Part shown: positions 1 through 8,101 of the stretch, in pieces
How positions within the stretch are numbered: the first letter of the stretch is position 1
How the letters are laid out: each line of letters begins with the position of its first letter
Origin: an uncultured Actinomycetes bacterium
GTDB lineage: Bacteria; Actinomycetota; Actinomycetes; Nanopelagicales; Nanopelagicaceae
DNA: 24,000 bases
Direction: 5' to 3'
NCBI GenBank assembly: GCA_903834145.1
Contig: CAILHY010000028.1
Location: 6,325 to 30,324, forward strand
Notes under the pieces: model-generated
The model's input: only the letters and a program-made list of their open reading frames with translations
Databases searched by the model: none
Told to the model about the DNA's origin: nothing
Program-made: the position numbers and the translations under genes

Positions 1-421
1 AAGATTTTGCAAAACTTGGATGTAGTGACATTGAATCAATATCCTCCCATGCCACCCAACGAAGTTCTTGGGATTCATGATTCATTTCGTGGGGGATGAG
101 CTGATCGCTCACGCGGGCGATGATGGTGTCATAGCGCCAATCGGTGTGATCATCGGTATGTGTGGTCACGATTGTTACGTGCTCGGCTTCGATTCCAGTT
201 TCTTCAATGGCTTCTCGGATTGCAGCCTCTGGCGGTGATTCGTGTGAGTCCCGTGCGCCACCTGGAATTCCCCAGGTATCTCCGTTGTGAACCCACTCTG
301 CGCGATGTTGGAGCATTAAGGTTTTTCCGCGAACCATGAGTAATCCTGCTGCCCCATGAAGTCCCCAATGTTTATTTCCGCAGCGACATTGCACCCATCC
401 ATCACCGTCGCGTGCGCTCAT
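1..421 (-). CDS. NUDIX hydrolase (N-terminal ~140 aa; C-terminus runs off the left edge)
   Basis: My own translation of the minus strand from the ATG at 421 gives MSARDGDGWVQCRCGNKHWGLHGAAGLLMV...WGIPGGARDSHESPPEAAIREAIEETGIEAEHV. This contains a complete Nudix box (GX5EX7REUXEEXGU). The frame stays open to position 1. It is absent from the ORF track because there is no stop codon inside the window. Confidence 0.85.
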   Translation of the reverse strand, partial: MSARDGDGWVQCRCGNKHWGLHGAAGLLMVRGKTLMLQHRAEWVHNGDTWGIPGGARDSHESPPEAAIREAIEETGIEAEHVTIVTTHTDDHTDWRYDTIIARVSDQLIPHEMNHESQELRWVAWEDIDSMSLHPSFAKS

Positions 422-511
422 GACTCCACTTTAGGGCTATCGGAGCTGCCTTTCCACAGGTAAGCCTGGAGATAGGTGAGTGATTTATGACAAAGTTTTA
501 TTCTCGCAAGC

Positions 512-1270
512 ATGCAAACAATCACTGCTCGCCGAATCATCGTCTTCTCACTCATTTGCCCTGTACTTCTACTCACGAGCCTGAATTCACCTGCGAAGGT
601 TTTCGCTGCTGATTGCGCGGACAGTGCATGCATCGATGTGTACACCCTTAATGGCCGGCTCGTGATCGAAGCCCACAAAGGCGCAAAACCTACGATCACC
701 GTGAAGGCAACACCAAGGCCGACACTTTCGGTTTCAAGAAAACCCACAGTTAAACCCACTCCAAAAATCACAGTACGGGTTACACCACTTTTGCCAAGAA
801 AAGTGGTGGTTCGCAAGCAAGTTGTTCGCGCGGTAATTCCTACTCTTGCCCCCGGTGTTTCGCTCAATGACAAACTGACAAAGCTTTTGCCTACTGGATC
901 GATTTCCAAACAACCTTCCTCAGATGTTTTGGCAAATGTTGCCGTCATTTATTGGTGCAACCTGCCCAGCGTTTTTAACACGAAGGTCGCAATTATTGGA
1001 GAAGTCATCGATGTAACGATGCGCGCATCCTTTCTTTGGAGTTTCGGTGACGGTGGTTTTTATGCAACTACGTCACCTGGAGGCTCGTACCCCAGTCAAG
1101 AAATCATGCATACCTACACCAAACCGGGGACATATTTGGTGACCATGCTTGCCACATGGGGAGGCACATGGACACACAACGGAGTGGCTCGGGCGATTAC
1201 TGGGCAAGTTCGTAAGCTCTCAGTCAAAACAATTCATGTGGTCAGCGCGCCGACAGTTGTGGGGAACTAA
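512..1270 (+). CDS. Secreted hypothetical protein with a C-terminal PKD-like domain
   Basis: The N-terminus has a signal-like hydrophobic segment (RRIIVFSLICPVLLLTSLNSPAKVFA). A Pro/Lys/Thr/Val-rich linker follows (KPTITVKATPRPTLSVSRKPTVKPTPKITVRVTP). The C-terminal block FLWSFGDGG...HTYTKPGTYLVTMLATW matches the PKD-domain pattern WxFGDG...HxYxxxGxYxVxL. Confidence 0.7.
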   Translation: MQTITARRIIVFSLICPVLLLTSLNSPAKVFAADCADSACIDVYTLNGRLVIEAHKGAKPTITVKATPRPTLSVSRKPTVKPTPKITVRVTPLLPRKVVVRKQVVRAVIPTLAPGVSLNDKLTKLLPTGSISKQPSSDVLANVAVIYWCNLPSVFNTKVAIIGEVIDVTMRASFLWSFGDGGFYATTSPGGSYPSQEIMHTYTKPGTYLVTMLATWGGTWTHNGVARAITGQVRKLSVKTIHVVSAPTVVGN

Positions 1271-1351
1271 AGTGGAATCACTTCTGCGTTCTCCACAGTC
1301 CCTTCGAAATGCGAATGTAAACGTCAGTATGACACTGCACTCTCTGCACTT

Positions 1352-2371
1352 ATGACAACACTTACATCTCCTCATGATTTATTGACCGCTATCCCATTTC
1401 TTATTGGCTATCACCCAACTGATTCACTTGTATTGGTTTCCCTCTCCGATGAATCAGTCGGCATGGCAATGAGAGTTGATTACCCAAAAGATATTCACTC
1501 GACCTCTGCCCATGACCTTATTGATTCACTTGTGATGCATCTGGTGCGCGAAGGAGGTGATGGTGCACTCGTTATTGCATATAGTCCAATGGATCACCAT
1601 GACGGAGAACTTTTTCTTTCGTTCGTGAGTTCTGCACTCAACGATGCAAATATTCAGCTTCGCGAGGCCCTCTTGGTACAAGGCGGCCGTTGGCGCTCAA
1701 CGTTATGTCATGACATCGAATGCTGTCCGCCTCTGGGCCGTGAACTTCCCGAAATTTCAGCGTCGCGTATTGCTGCCGAACAAGTCAGGGCCGGCCGCCC
1801 CATGCCCTACTTAGATTCGAAGGCACTCGTGGATTCGATTTCCTGTCTCGAACTCAGCGTGGATCCAAAATTCCTAGAGCTAGTTTCCGTGCCAGTGACA
1901 TCGCAGAAAGAGGGGGCCATCTGCGTCATTGATCTGGCTTCACGTTTTATTTCTGGGGCAATCGGTTCCGATATTGCAAGTGATCAAGAGTTATCAGCGA
2001 AGGTAATCTCTGCATTACGAGATATCCAAGTGCGAGATTTCGCTTTGGGCTCGCATTCGGAATCCACTTTGCAGATCTACTCGATGATGTGGCGCTATTT
2101 GATGCGTATCGCCCCGCTCGGGTATGTCGCACCGATTGCTTGCCTTATGGCAGCTCTCTCCTACGAGAACGGCGACGGCGCTCTGGCCAATCGATGCCTT
2201 GATCGCGCCTTTACCGATGAACCGTCGTACTCCTTGGCTGGCCTGCTCCGTCGGGTATTTAGCGCAGGGTGGCCACCAGAATCATTTTCCAGCATGCGCC
2301 TTGATCTACACCCCAAGGTTTGCGCATCGATTTTTGACAGCGCTCACCCGAAGACCGTTTCGCCGAACTAG
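1352..2371 (+). CDS. DUF4192-family protein (conserved actinobacterial, function unknown)
   Basis: The N-terminus SPHDLLTAIPFLIGYHPTDSLVLVSL is the hallmark opening of DUF4192 proteins as I recall them. The 339-aa size fits, and so does the location next to the principal sigma factor gene, as in other actinobacteria. Confidence 0.65.
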   Translation: MTTLTSPHDLLTAIPFLIGYHPTDSLVLVSLSDESVGMAMRVDYPKDIHSTSAHDLIDSLVMHLVREGGDGALVIAYSPMDHHDGELFLSFVSSALNDANIQLREALLVQGGRWRSTLCHDIECCPPLGRELPEISASRIAAEQVRAGRPMPYLDSKALVDSISCLELSVDPKFLELVSVPVTSQKEGAICVIDLASRFISGAIGSDIASDQELSAKVISALRDIQVRDFALGSHSESTLQIYSMMWRYLMRIAPLGYVAPIACLMAALSYENGDGALANRCLDRAFTDEPSYSLAGLLRRVFSAGWPPESFSSMRLDLHPKVCASIFDSAHPKTVSPN

Positions 2372-2395
2372 TTTCATCGCGTAGAATTGCCACCA

Positions 2396-2508
2396 GGTCA
2401 CGAGTTCCAGGTACCAGCCCCGGCTTACTGGACGGCAACCCTCCATCGCGGCGGGGTGCTCTGGGTGAAGACCAGGTTGGCAGTTCTACTGCTAGCAAGC
2501 GCGAAAGG
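2396..2508 (+). promoter_or_regulatory. SAM-IV riboswitch in the metX leader
   Basis: The sequence is GGUCACGAGUUCCAGGUACCAGCCCCGGCUUACUGGACGGCAACCCUCCAUCGCGGCGGGGUGCUCUGGGUGAAGACCAGGUUGGCAG...GCAAGCGCG. It aligns almost block for block with the remembered mycobacterial SAM-IV reference (GGUCAUGAGUGCCAGCGUCAAGCCCCGGCUUGCUGGCCGGCAACCCUCCAACCGCGGUGGGGUGCCCCGGGUGAUGACCAGGUUG...GCAAGCGCGGG). It ends at the AAAGG Shine-Dalgarno sequence, 6 nt before the metX ATG at 2515. Confidence 0.85.
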
Positions 2509-2514
2509 CTTTCT

Positions 2515-3612
2515 ATGACGTCACCTCTATCGGGAGTATCACCAGGTGTCACTGGTGCATGGCTAGAAAGTTACGACCCAGGGGAGAGACTCTTCGTAAA
2601 GATCGGTTCGCTCTCACTAGAGAGTGGTCAGGTTCTTGAAGATGTCACGATCGCATATCAAACGTGGGGAACACTCAACCAGGCTCAGGACAATGCCGTA
2701 TTAATTAATCACGCGATGACTGGTTGGTCGGATGTTCCAGGTTGGTGGCCCTCCATGGTCGGACCGGGACTACCTTTTGATACAGACAAATTTTTTATTC
2801 TTTGCCCCAATGTGATTGGCGGCTGTCAAGGAAGTACGGGTCCATCTAGCATCGCTCCCGATGGAAAACGTTATGGTTCAAGATTTCCCGCACTCACTAT
2901 CAGGGACATGGTCGCGGGCGAAGTTGCCTTTAGCGATGCGCTAGGAATTGCGAAATACCGTCTATCAGTAGGACCCTCATTAGGAGGAATGCGCGCATTG
3001 GAGTGGGCGATCATGTGGCCCGAGCGCATTGGAGCAATTTGCACTATTGGTTCCTCAGCAGTGGCCACCGGGGATCAAATTGGAACTGCCTCCATCCAAA
3101 TTCGCGCGATCAAGAGTGACCCACACTTTCTGGGTGGGGATTATTATGAAAGCGATCAGGGGCCATTGGATGGCCTGGGAATTGCTCGCCGGATCGCACA
3201 TCTGACGTATCGAACCGAGGCAGAGATGGATGTGCGCTTTGGACGCGAACTTCAAGGAGATGACACGGGGCGCTACGCGGTGGAGTCCTACCTGGATCAT
3301 CAAGCGTCCAAATTAGCCCTTCGATTTGATGCCAACACCTATATTTCTTTGACCGAGGCGATGAATTCGCACGATGTAGGACGCGATCGCGGAGGAGTTG
3401 CTGCTGCCTTATCGGCAATCACTGTTCCCGTTGTCGTTGTCTCCATCGACACAGATCGCCTCTTTCCGCCTCGATTGCAGGCTGAAATCGCTGATTTGGT
3501 TCCTTTAGCAAGTGAATTGACCACGATTTCCTCGCCCTTTGGACATGATGGATTTCTTGTAGAGGTAGAGGCTGTGGGAGAGGTTATTCGTCACGCTCTC
3601 ACGCTTGGGTAG
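2515..3612 (+). CDS. metX: Homoserine O-acetyltransferase
   Basis: The 365-aa alpha/beta-hydrolase shows MetX-type blocks: NAVLINHAMTG, FFILCPNVIGGCQGSTGPSS, the nucleophile elbow VGPSLGGMRALEWA, and SIDTDRLFPP...GHDGFL. A SAM riboswitch lies immediately upstream. Confidence 0.9.
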   Translation: MTSPLSGVSPGVTGAWLESYDPGERLFVKIGSLSLESGQVLEDVTIAYQTWGTLNQAQDNAVLINHAMTGWSDVPGWWPSMVGPGLPFDTDKFFILCPNVIGGCQGSTGPSSIAPDGKRYGSRFPALTIRDMVAGEVAFSDALGIAKYRLSVGPSLGGMRALEWAIMWPERIGAICTIGSSAVATGDQIGTASIQIRAIKSDPHFLGGDYYESDQGPLDGLGIARRIAHLTYRTEAEMDVRFGRELQGDDTGRYAVESYLDHQASKLALRFDANTYISLTEAMNSHDVGRDRGGVAAALSAITVPVVVVSIDTDRLFPPRLQAEIADLVPLASELTTISSPFGHDGFLVEVEAVGEVIRHALTLG

Positions 3613-3739
3613 AGAGTTTCCTGGTCAAAACGGGCTTTTCGATGTGCATTTACCCCTGTGGATAATTTATAATATAGCCATCGCTTCTTCGCGATTAGTC
3701 GCTCAAGATTAATCGGGGAAGCCAAAACAAAGGACTGCT

Positions 3740-5362
3740 GTGGCTGCAACGAGTGCGCTCAAAAACAAGGCAACTGCTAAGAAAGCAGCCCCAGCAAAGA
3801 AGGTAGCAGCAAAAAAAGCAGCACCAGCAAAGCCAGTAAAAAAAGCGCCCGTGAAAGCGGTAGCAAAGAAAGCCGCAGTTAAAAAGATTGCCAAACCTGT
3901 AAAGGTTGCGCTCAAGAAAGATCTCACTGCTGCAGATGTTCGACTCATTATTAGTGCCAAAGAAGCAGTACTACGTCAGAAAGAATTATCAGAAGAACTC
4001 GCATCGCGTGGAGTAACAACTCTTAATCGCATCCCTAAGAAAATTGATAAGCCCTTAGTTGATGAAGCGCGCGAACTTGTTACTTCAGTTCCTGCACTTT
4101 TGGAAAAACTGAACAAGATGGGTCTTGGAACTCCTAGCCGAATTTTAAAGAAGTCAGAGTATGCACTGGTCGCACCGGTTGTTGAAGCTCCTGTTGTTGC
4201 ACCGAAAGTTACTGCCGTTGAAACTGCCATCGCAAAAATTGATGGCGAAGATGTTGAACTTGAAGAAGTAGAACTTGAAGATCTAGAAGCACTTGTAGCT
4301 GAAGTTTCATCAGATGAACCCGCAGAAGAAAAGGGTACTGCTCCACGAGTTGTGAACCTGGCAGAGGAAAGTAACGGCAACGAAGCCGATGCGTTTACTC
4401 TGAAGGCATCAGAAGAAGATGATGCACCGGCTCAAACCGTTATGACTGCTGGTGCAACTGCTGACCCTGTTAAGGATTACCTTAAGCAGATCGGTCGCGT
4501 TGCGCTCTTGAATGCGGAACTTGAAGTGGAACTTGCAACTCGCATCGAAGCGGGCCTCTTTGCCGAAGAGAAATTAGCAACAGAGAAGAAGTTAGAGAAG
4601 AAACTCAAGCGCGAACTTGAGTGGATTGTTGAAGATGGAAAGCGCGCGAAAAACCACCTTTTAGAGGCTAACTTGCGCCTTGTCGTCTCCCTTGCAAAGC
4701 GCTACACCGGACGTGGCATGTTGTTCTTGGATCTTATTCAAGAGGGAAACCTCGGTTTGATTCGCGCCGTTGAAAAGTTTGACTACACAAAGGGCTACAA
4801 GTTTTCGACCTATGCTACATGGTGGATTCGCCAAGCAATTACACGTGCGATGGCAGATCAGGCCCGCACGATTCGTATTCCTGTTCACATGGTTGAAGTC
4901 ATCAATAAGTTGGCACGCGTTCAGCGCCAAATGTTGCAAGATTTGGGACGCGAGCCGACTCCGGAGGAACTTGCCAAAGAACTTGATATGACTCCTGAAA
5001 AAGTTGTCGAAGTTCAAAAATATGGCCGCGAACCGATCTCACTTCATACCCCATTGGGCGAAGAAGGCGATTCTGAATTCGGAGACCTCATCGAAGACTC
5101 TGAAGCAGTGGTTCCAGCGGACGCTGTTTCCTTCACGCTGCTGCAAGAACAATTGCACTCCGTACTAGATACCCTTTCTGAGCGCGAAGCAGGCGTAGTA
5201 GCGATGCGCTTTGGTCTCACCGATGGCCAGCCAAAGACTCTTGATGAAATTGGCAAGGTTTACGGCGTTACCCGTGAGCGCATTCGTCAGATCGAATCAA
5301 AGACGATGTCAAAACTTCGCCACCCATCACGTTCACAAGTTCTGCGCGATTACCTGGATTAA
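3740..5362 (+). CDS. sigA: Principal RNA polymerase sigma-70 factor (SigA/HrdB type) with a long Lys/Ala-rich N-terminal extension
   Basis: Canonical sigma-70 regions are present. Region 1.2 is [25 protein letters not shown]. Regions 2.1-2.4 are [78 protein letters not shown]. Region 4.2 is [30 protein letters not shown]. The start is GTG at 3740, preceded by AAGGA. Confidence 0.95.
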   Translation: MAATSALKNKATAKKAAPAKKVAAKKAAPAKPVKKAPVKAVAKKAAVKKIAKPVKVALKKDLTAADVRLIISAKEAVLRQKELSEELASRGVTTLNRIPKKIDKPLVDEARELVTSVPALLEKLNKMGLGTPSRILKKSEYALVAPVVEAPVVAPKVTAVETAIAKIDGEDVELEEVELEDLEALVAEVSSDEPAEEKGTAPRVVNLAEESNGNEADAFTLKASEEDDAPAQTVMTAGATADPVKDYLKQIGRVALLNAELEVELATRIEAGLFAEEKLATEKKLEKKLKRELEWIVEDGKRAKNHLLEANLRLVVSLAKRYTGRGMLFLDLIQEGNLGLIRAVEKFDYTKGYKFSTYATWWIRQAITRAMADQARTIRIPVHMVEVINKLARVQRQMLQDLGREPTPEELAKELDMTPEKVVEVQKYGREPISLHTPLGEEGDSEFGDLIEDSEAVVPADAVSFTLLQEQLHSVLDTLSEREAGVVAMRFGLTDGQPKTLDEIGKVYGVTRERIRQIESKTMSKLRHPSRSQVLRDYLD

Positions 5363-5364
5363 GA

Positions 5365-5568
5365 GTGGCTAATCCAACTATTTTCATCAACCCCATCAGC
5401 GGATCTATCAAGATCTTGGGCGCAGTGGATTTTGTCGATGCAGATGGCAACGTTCTAGAAACTAAAGAGAACGTGAAGTTTTGCGGCTGCAGTTTAAGTA
5501 AAGATAAGCCGTGGTGTGATGGTAGCCATAAGGCAATTACTCAGAAAAACAGTGCTCCAAGTGTTTAA
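5365..5568 (+). CDS. CDGSH iron-sulfur domain miniprotein
   Basis: The 67-aa ORF contains FCGCSLSKDKPWCDGSH, an exact match to the CDGSH [2Fe-2S] signature C-X-C-X2-(S/T)-X3-P-X-C-D-G-(S/A/T)-H. The GTG start lies 2 nt after the sigA stop. The start codon is uncertain because no in-frame ATG exists. Confidence 0.65.
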   Translation: MANPTIFINPISGSIKILGAVDFVDADGNVLETKENVKFCGCSLSKDKPWCDGSHKAITQKNSAPSV

Positions 5569-5575
5569 CGAAGAG

Positions 5576-5794
5576 TTAAATAACTGAAGGTGTTTCTACA
5601 AGCTTCTCGGTCTCATCTTGAATGTGGGACACAACAGGCTTGAGTTTTTCAGCATATTCCTTGGCGTGATGGCCACAGAAAAGTAACTCTCCACCCGAAA
5701 GCATTACTGCACGTACGTATGCTTGGGCTCCGCAACGATCACAACGATCGACGGCATTGAGGGGAGTGGTCTCAAGGATCATTTGTTCAGTCAT
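5576..5794 (-). CDS. Small conserved actinobacterial Cys/His protein (DUF7455-like, putative zinc ribbon)
   Basis: The 72-aa sequence ...LNAVDRCDRCGAQAYVRAVMLSGGELLFCGHHAKEY... carries the CxxC...CxHH arrangement. It closely resembles the small proteins I recall annotated as DUF7455 next to hrdB/sigA in actinomycetes. Confidence 0.6.
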   Translation of the reverse strand: MTEQMILETTPLNAVDRCDRCGAQAYVRAVMLSGGELLFCGHHAKEYAEKLKPVVSHIQDETEKLVETPSVI

Positions 5795-6021
5795 TGCGCT
5801 CTCCTCACGGTGTGACCCTTATTGGGTCTCTGTAGTAGGGAACATCAAACCATGTATTACTTATTCCCCGCTCGTTAAAGAATATTTATTTTTCGCGGTG
5901 GGATATATCACGCATGAATTCCACGCTTCACAGGCGATATTCACAGCAATTATTCAATATATGAGACACCTTCGGCGCGCTTAACGTCGCATATGCCAAT
6001 GCCTGGCTAATCTTTGCGCCC

Positions 6022-8097
6022 GTGGCCAGTAAACAGAGTGAGACGATTGACGCAAGCTATACCGCCAAAGATTTAGCGGTGCTTGAGGGCCTTGATGCCG
6101 TACGCAAACGCCCAGGAATGTATATCGGCTCCACCGACTCTCGTGGATTGATGCACTGCCTTTGGGAAATCATCGATAACTCTGTAGATGAAGCACTCGC
6201 CGGACATTGCAAGAAGATTGAAATTAATCTCGAATCCGATGGCTCTGTTGAAGTCCATGATGATGGTCGCGGAATTCCCGTCGATAAAGAACCGAAGACG
6301 GGACTGACTGGCGTTGAAGTTGTACTCACAAAACTTCACGCAGGTGGAAAATTTGGTGGCGGCTCCTACGCCGCATCTGGTGGATTGCACGGTGTGGGTG
6401 CCTCGGTCGTTAACGCCTTAGCATCGCGCTTGGACGCTGAAGTAGATCGCGATGGGAAGATTTACTGGATGTCCTTCCAAAGAGGCACTGCGGGCATATT
6501 TGATGGAGAGGGCCCTAAGGCGCCCTTCACTCCAGCCTCAGGACTGCGCATTGTTGGCAAGGTGGCTCACAAAGTCACAGGTACTCGCATTAAGTGGTGG
6601 AGCGACAAGCAAATCTTCCTTAAAGAGGCAGAACTTGAACTTGATGAAATCTATGCACGCGCTCGCCAGACTTCTTATTTAGTGCCGGGGCTAACCCTGA
6701 TTGTTAATGACAATCGCACAAAATCAAAGACAACGGAGACTTTTTTTCATAAAGGCGGGATTGCTGAATACTGCGCATTCCTGCAACCAGATGAAGCCGT
6801 CGGAGATGTTATACGTTTAACGGGCAGTGGGCATTATGCCGAGACTGTTCCGGTATTGGATGAGCAAGGACACATGGTCTCTACCGAAGTCGAGCGCGAC
6901 ATGGGCGTCGATATCGCGATGAAGTGGGGCAATGGCTTTGATACAACGATGCGCTCGTTCGTCAACATCATTGCAACCCCTAAGGGCGGAACACATATTC
7001 AAGGTTTCGAACGAGCTATCACTAAAGCATTTAATGAAGCGCTACGTTCGACCAAGACGCTAAAGAATTCCGAAATCGATGTCATAAAAGACGACATCAT
7101 GGAAGGTCTGACTGCTGTAGTCACTGTTCGAATGTCAGAGCCACAATTTGAAGGTCAAACCAAGGAAGTTCTAGGAACCGCTGCCGCAACACGTATTGTG
7201 GCTGCTGTCGTTGCGGAGGAAATGAAAGCCTTCTTTGCAACGACAAAGCGCATTGATAAAGCAAATGGCCGATTGATTTTGGAGAAAGTTGCGGCAGCAT
7301 CTCGCACTCGAATTTCTGCTAGAGCCCATAAGGATTTGCAACGTCGAAAGAATGCGCTGGAAAATTCTTCACTTCCAACAAAGCTCTCTGATTGCCGAAG
7401 CGAGGATGTTTCTCGCACTGAGCTCTTCATCGTTGAAGGTGAATCTGCTTTGGGGACAACTAAAGCAGCGCGAAACTCTGAATTCCAGGCAATTTTGCCT
7501 ATTCGAGGAAAGATCTTGAATGTTCAAAAAGCCTCGCTTTCTCAGATGCTCGATAACACCGAGTGCGCATCCATCATTCAGGTAATCGGCGCAGGATCTG
7601 GGCGCTCCTTCGAACTCGATGATGCTCGCTATGGTCGCATTATTTTGATGTCCGATGCTGACGTGGACGGCGCACATATCCGCTGTCTTCTTTTGACTCT
7701 GCTCTATCGATATATGCGCCCACTCATTGATGCCGGTCGCGTATTTGCAGCTATCCCGCCACTGCACCGCATTGAAGTTATGGGATCAGGTGGTAAGAAA
7801 GGCGATTTCCACTACACGTATTCTGATGATGAAATGAAGAAGGTCTTGGGCGATTTAACGAAAGCCGGCAAGAAGTGGAAAGAACCGCTACAGCGCTATA
7901 AAGGTCTGGGAGAGATGGACGCGCATCAATTGCGCGATACAACAATGGATCCTGACCACCGTACTTTGCGTCGCGTTACTGTGTCAGATGCAGCTGCCGC
8001 TGATGCGATGTTCGAACTTCTCATGGGCAATGATGTTGCACCTCGTAAGGAATTTATTTCTTCAGCAGAAATTGATCGTGATCGGATCGACGCGTAA
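6022..8097 (+). CDS. parE: Type IIA DNA topoisomerase B subunit, topoisomerase IV ParE-like
   Basis: GHKL ATPase motifs are present (LWEIIDNSVDEA, GGLHGVGASVVNALS), as is the transducer motif (QFEGQTKEVLG). TOPRIM motifs are ELFIVEGESALG and IILMSDADVDGAHI, and the C-terminal motif is YKGLGEMD. The ParE rather than GyrB assignment rests on context only: the gene is not adjacent to its A subunit and lies next to sigA, as parE does in Streptomyces. Confidence 0.85.
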   Translation: MASKQSETIDASYTAKDLAVLEGLDAVRKRPGMYIGSTDSRGLMHCLWEIIDNSVDEALAGHCKKIEINLESDGSVEVHDDGRGIPVDKEPKTGLTGVEVVLTKLHAGGKFGGGSYAASGGLHGVGASVVNALASRLDAEVDRDGKIYWMSFQRGTAGIFDGEGPKAPFTPASGLRIVGKVAHKVTGTRIKWWSDKQIFLKEAELELDEIYARARQTSYLVPGLTLIVNDNRTKSKTTETFFHKGGIAEYCAFLQPDEAVGDVIRLTGSGHYAETVPVLDEQGHMVSTEVERDMGVDIAMKWGNGFDTTMRSFVNIIATPKGGTHIQGFERAITKAFNEALRSTKTLKNSEIDVIKDDIMEGLTAVVTVRMSEPQFEGQTKEVLGTAAATRIVAAVVAEEMKAFFATTKRIDKANGRLILEKVAAASRTRISARAHKDLQRRKNALENSSLPTKLSDCRSEDVSRTELFIVEGESALGTTKAARNSEFQAILPIRGKILNVQKASLSQMLDNTECASIIQVIGAGSGRSFELDDARYGRIILMSDADVDGAHIRCLLLTLLYRYMRPLIDAGRVFAAIPPLHRIEVMGSGGKKGDFHYTYSDDEMKKVLGDLTKAGKKWKEPLQRYKGLGEMDAHQLRDTTMDPDHRTLRRVTVSDAAAADAMFELLMGNDVAPRKEFISSAEIDRDRIDA

Positions 8098-8101
8098 CTT
8101 T

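Noticed and set aside
418-948. A 176-aa minus-strand ORF spanning the NUDIX-PKD intergenic region.
   Set aside because: It overlaps the better-supported plus-strand PKD-domain gene and has no recognisable motifs. The real minus-strand gene (NUDIX) starts at 421 in a different frame.
3661-3673. GATAAT and a perfect TATAAT hexamer (3668-3673), about 70 nt upstream of sigA, as a possible promoter -10 element.
   Set aside because: There is no convincing -35 element at the proper spacing (TGCATT at best), and I have no transcript data. An AT-rich hexamer alone does not support a promoter call.
3709-3960. An 83-aa minus-strand ORF, extremely Phe/Ala-rich and membrane-like in appearance.
   Set aside because: It is the antisense shadow of the Lys/Ala (AAG/GCN) repeat at the 5' end of sigA. 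Reverse-complemented GCA/AAG repeats read as Ala/Phe. It has no independent support.
3976-4380. A 134-aa Ser-rich minus-strand ORF.
   Set aside because: It is the shadow of the acidic Glu/Leu-rich part of sigA (GAA/GAG read antisense as Ser/Phe/Leu). It is not credible as a gene.
6022-8097. The possibility that the B and A subunits are DNA gyrase (gyrB/gyrA) rather than topoisomerase IV.
   Set aside because: The genes are 12 kb apart on opposite strands rather than adjacent near dnaA-dnaN-recF. The A subunit has no C-terminal domain or GyrA box. The synteny with sigA matches parE in Streptomyces. Only phylogeny could settle the question.
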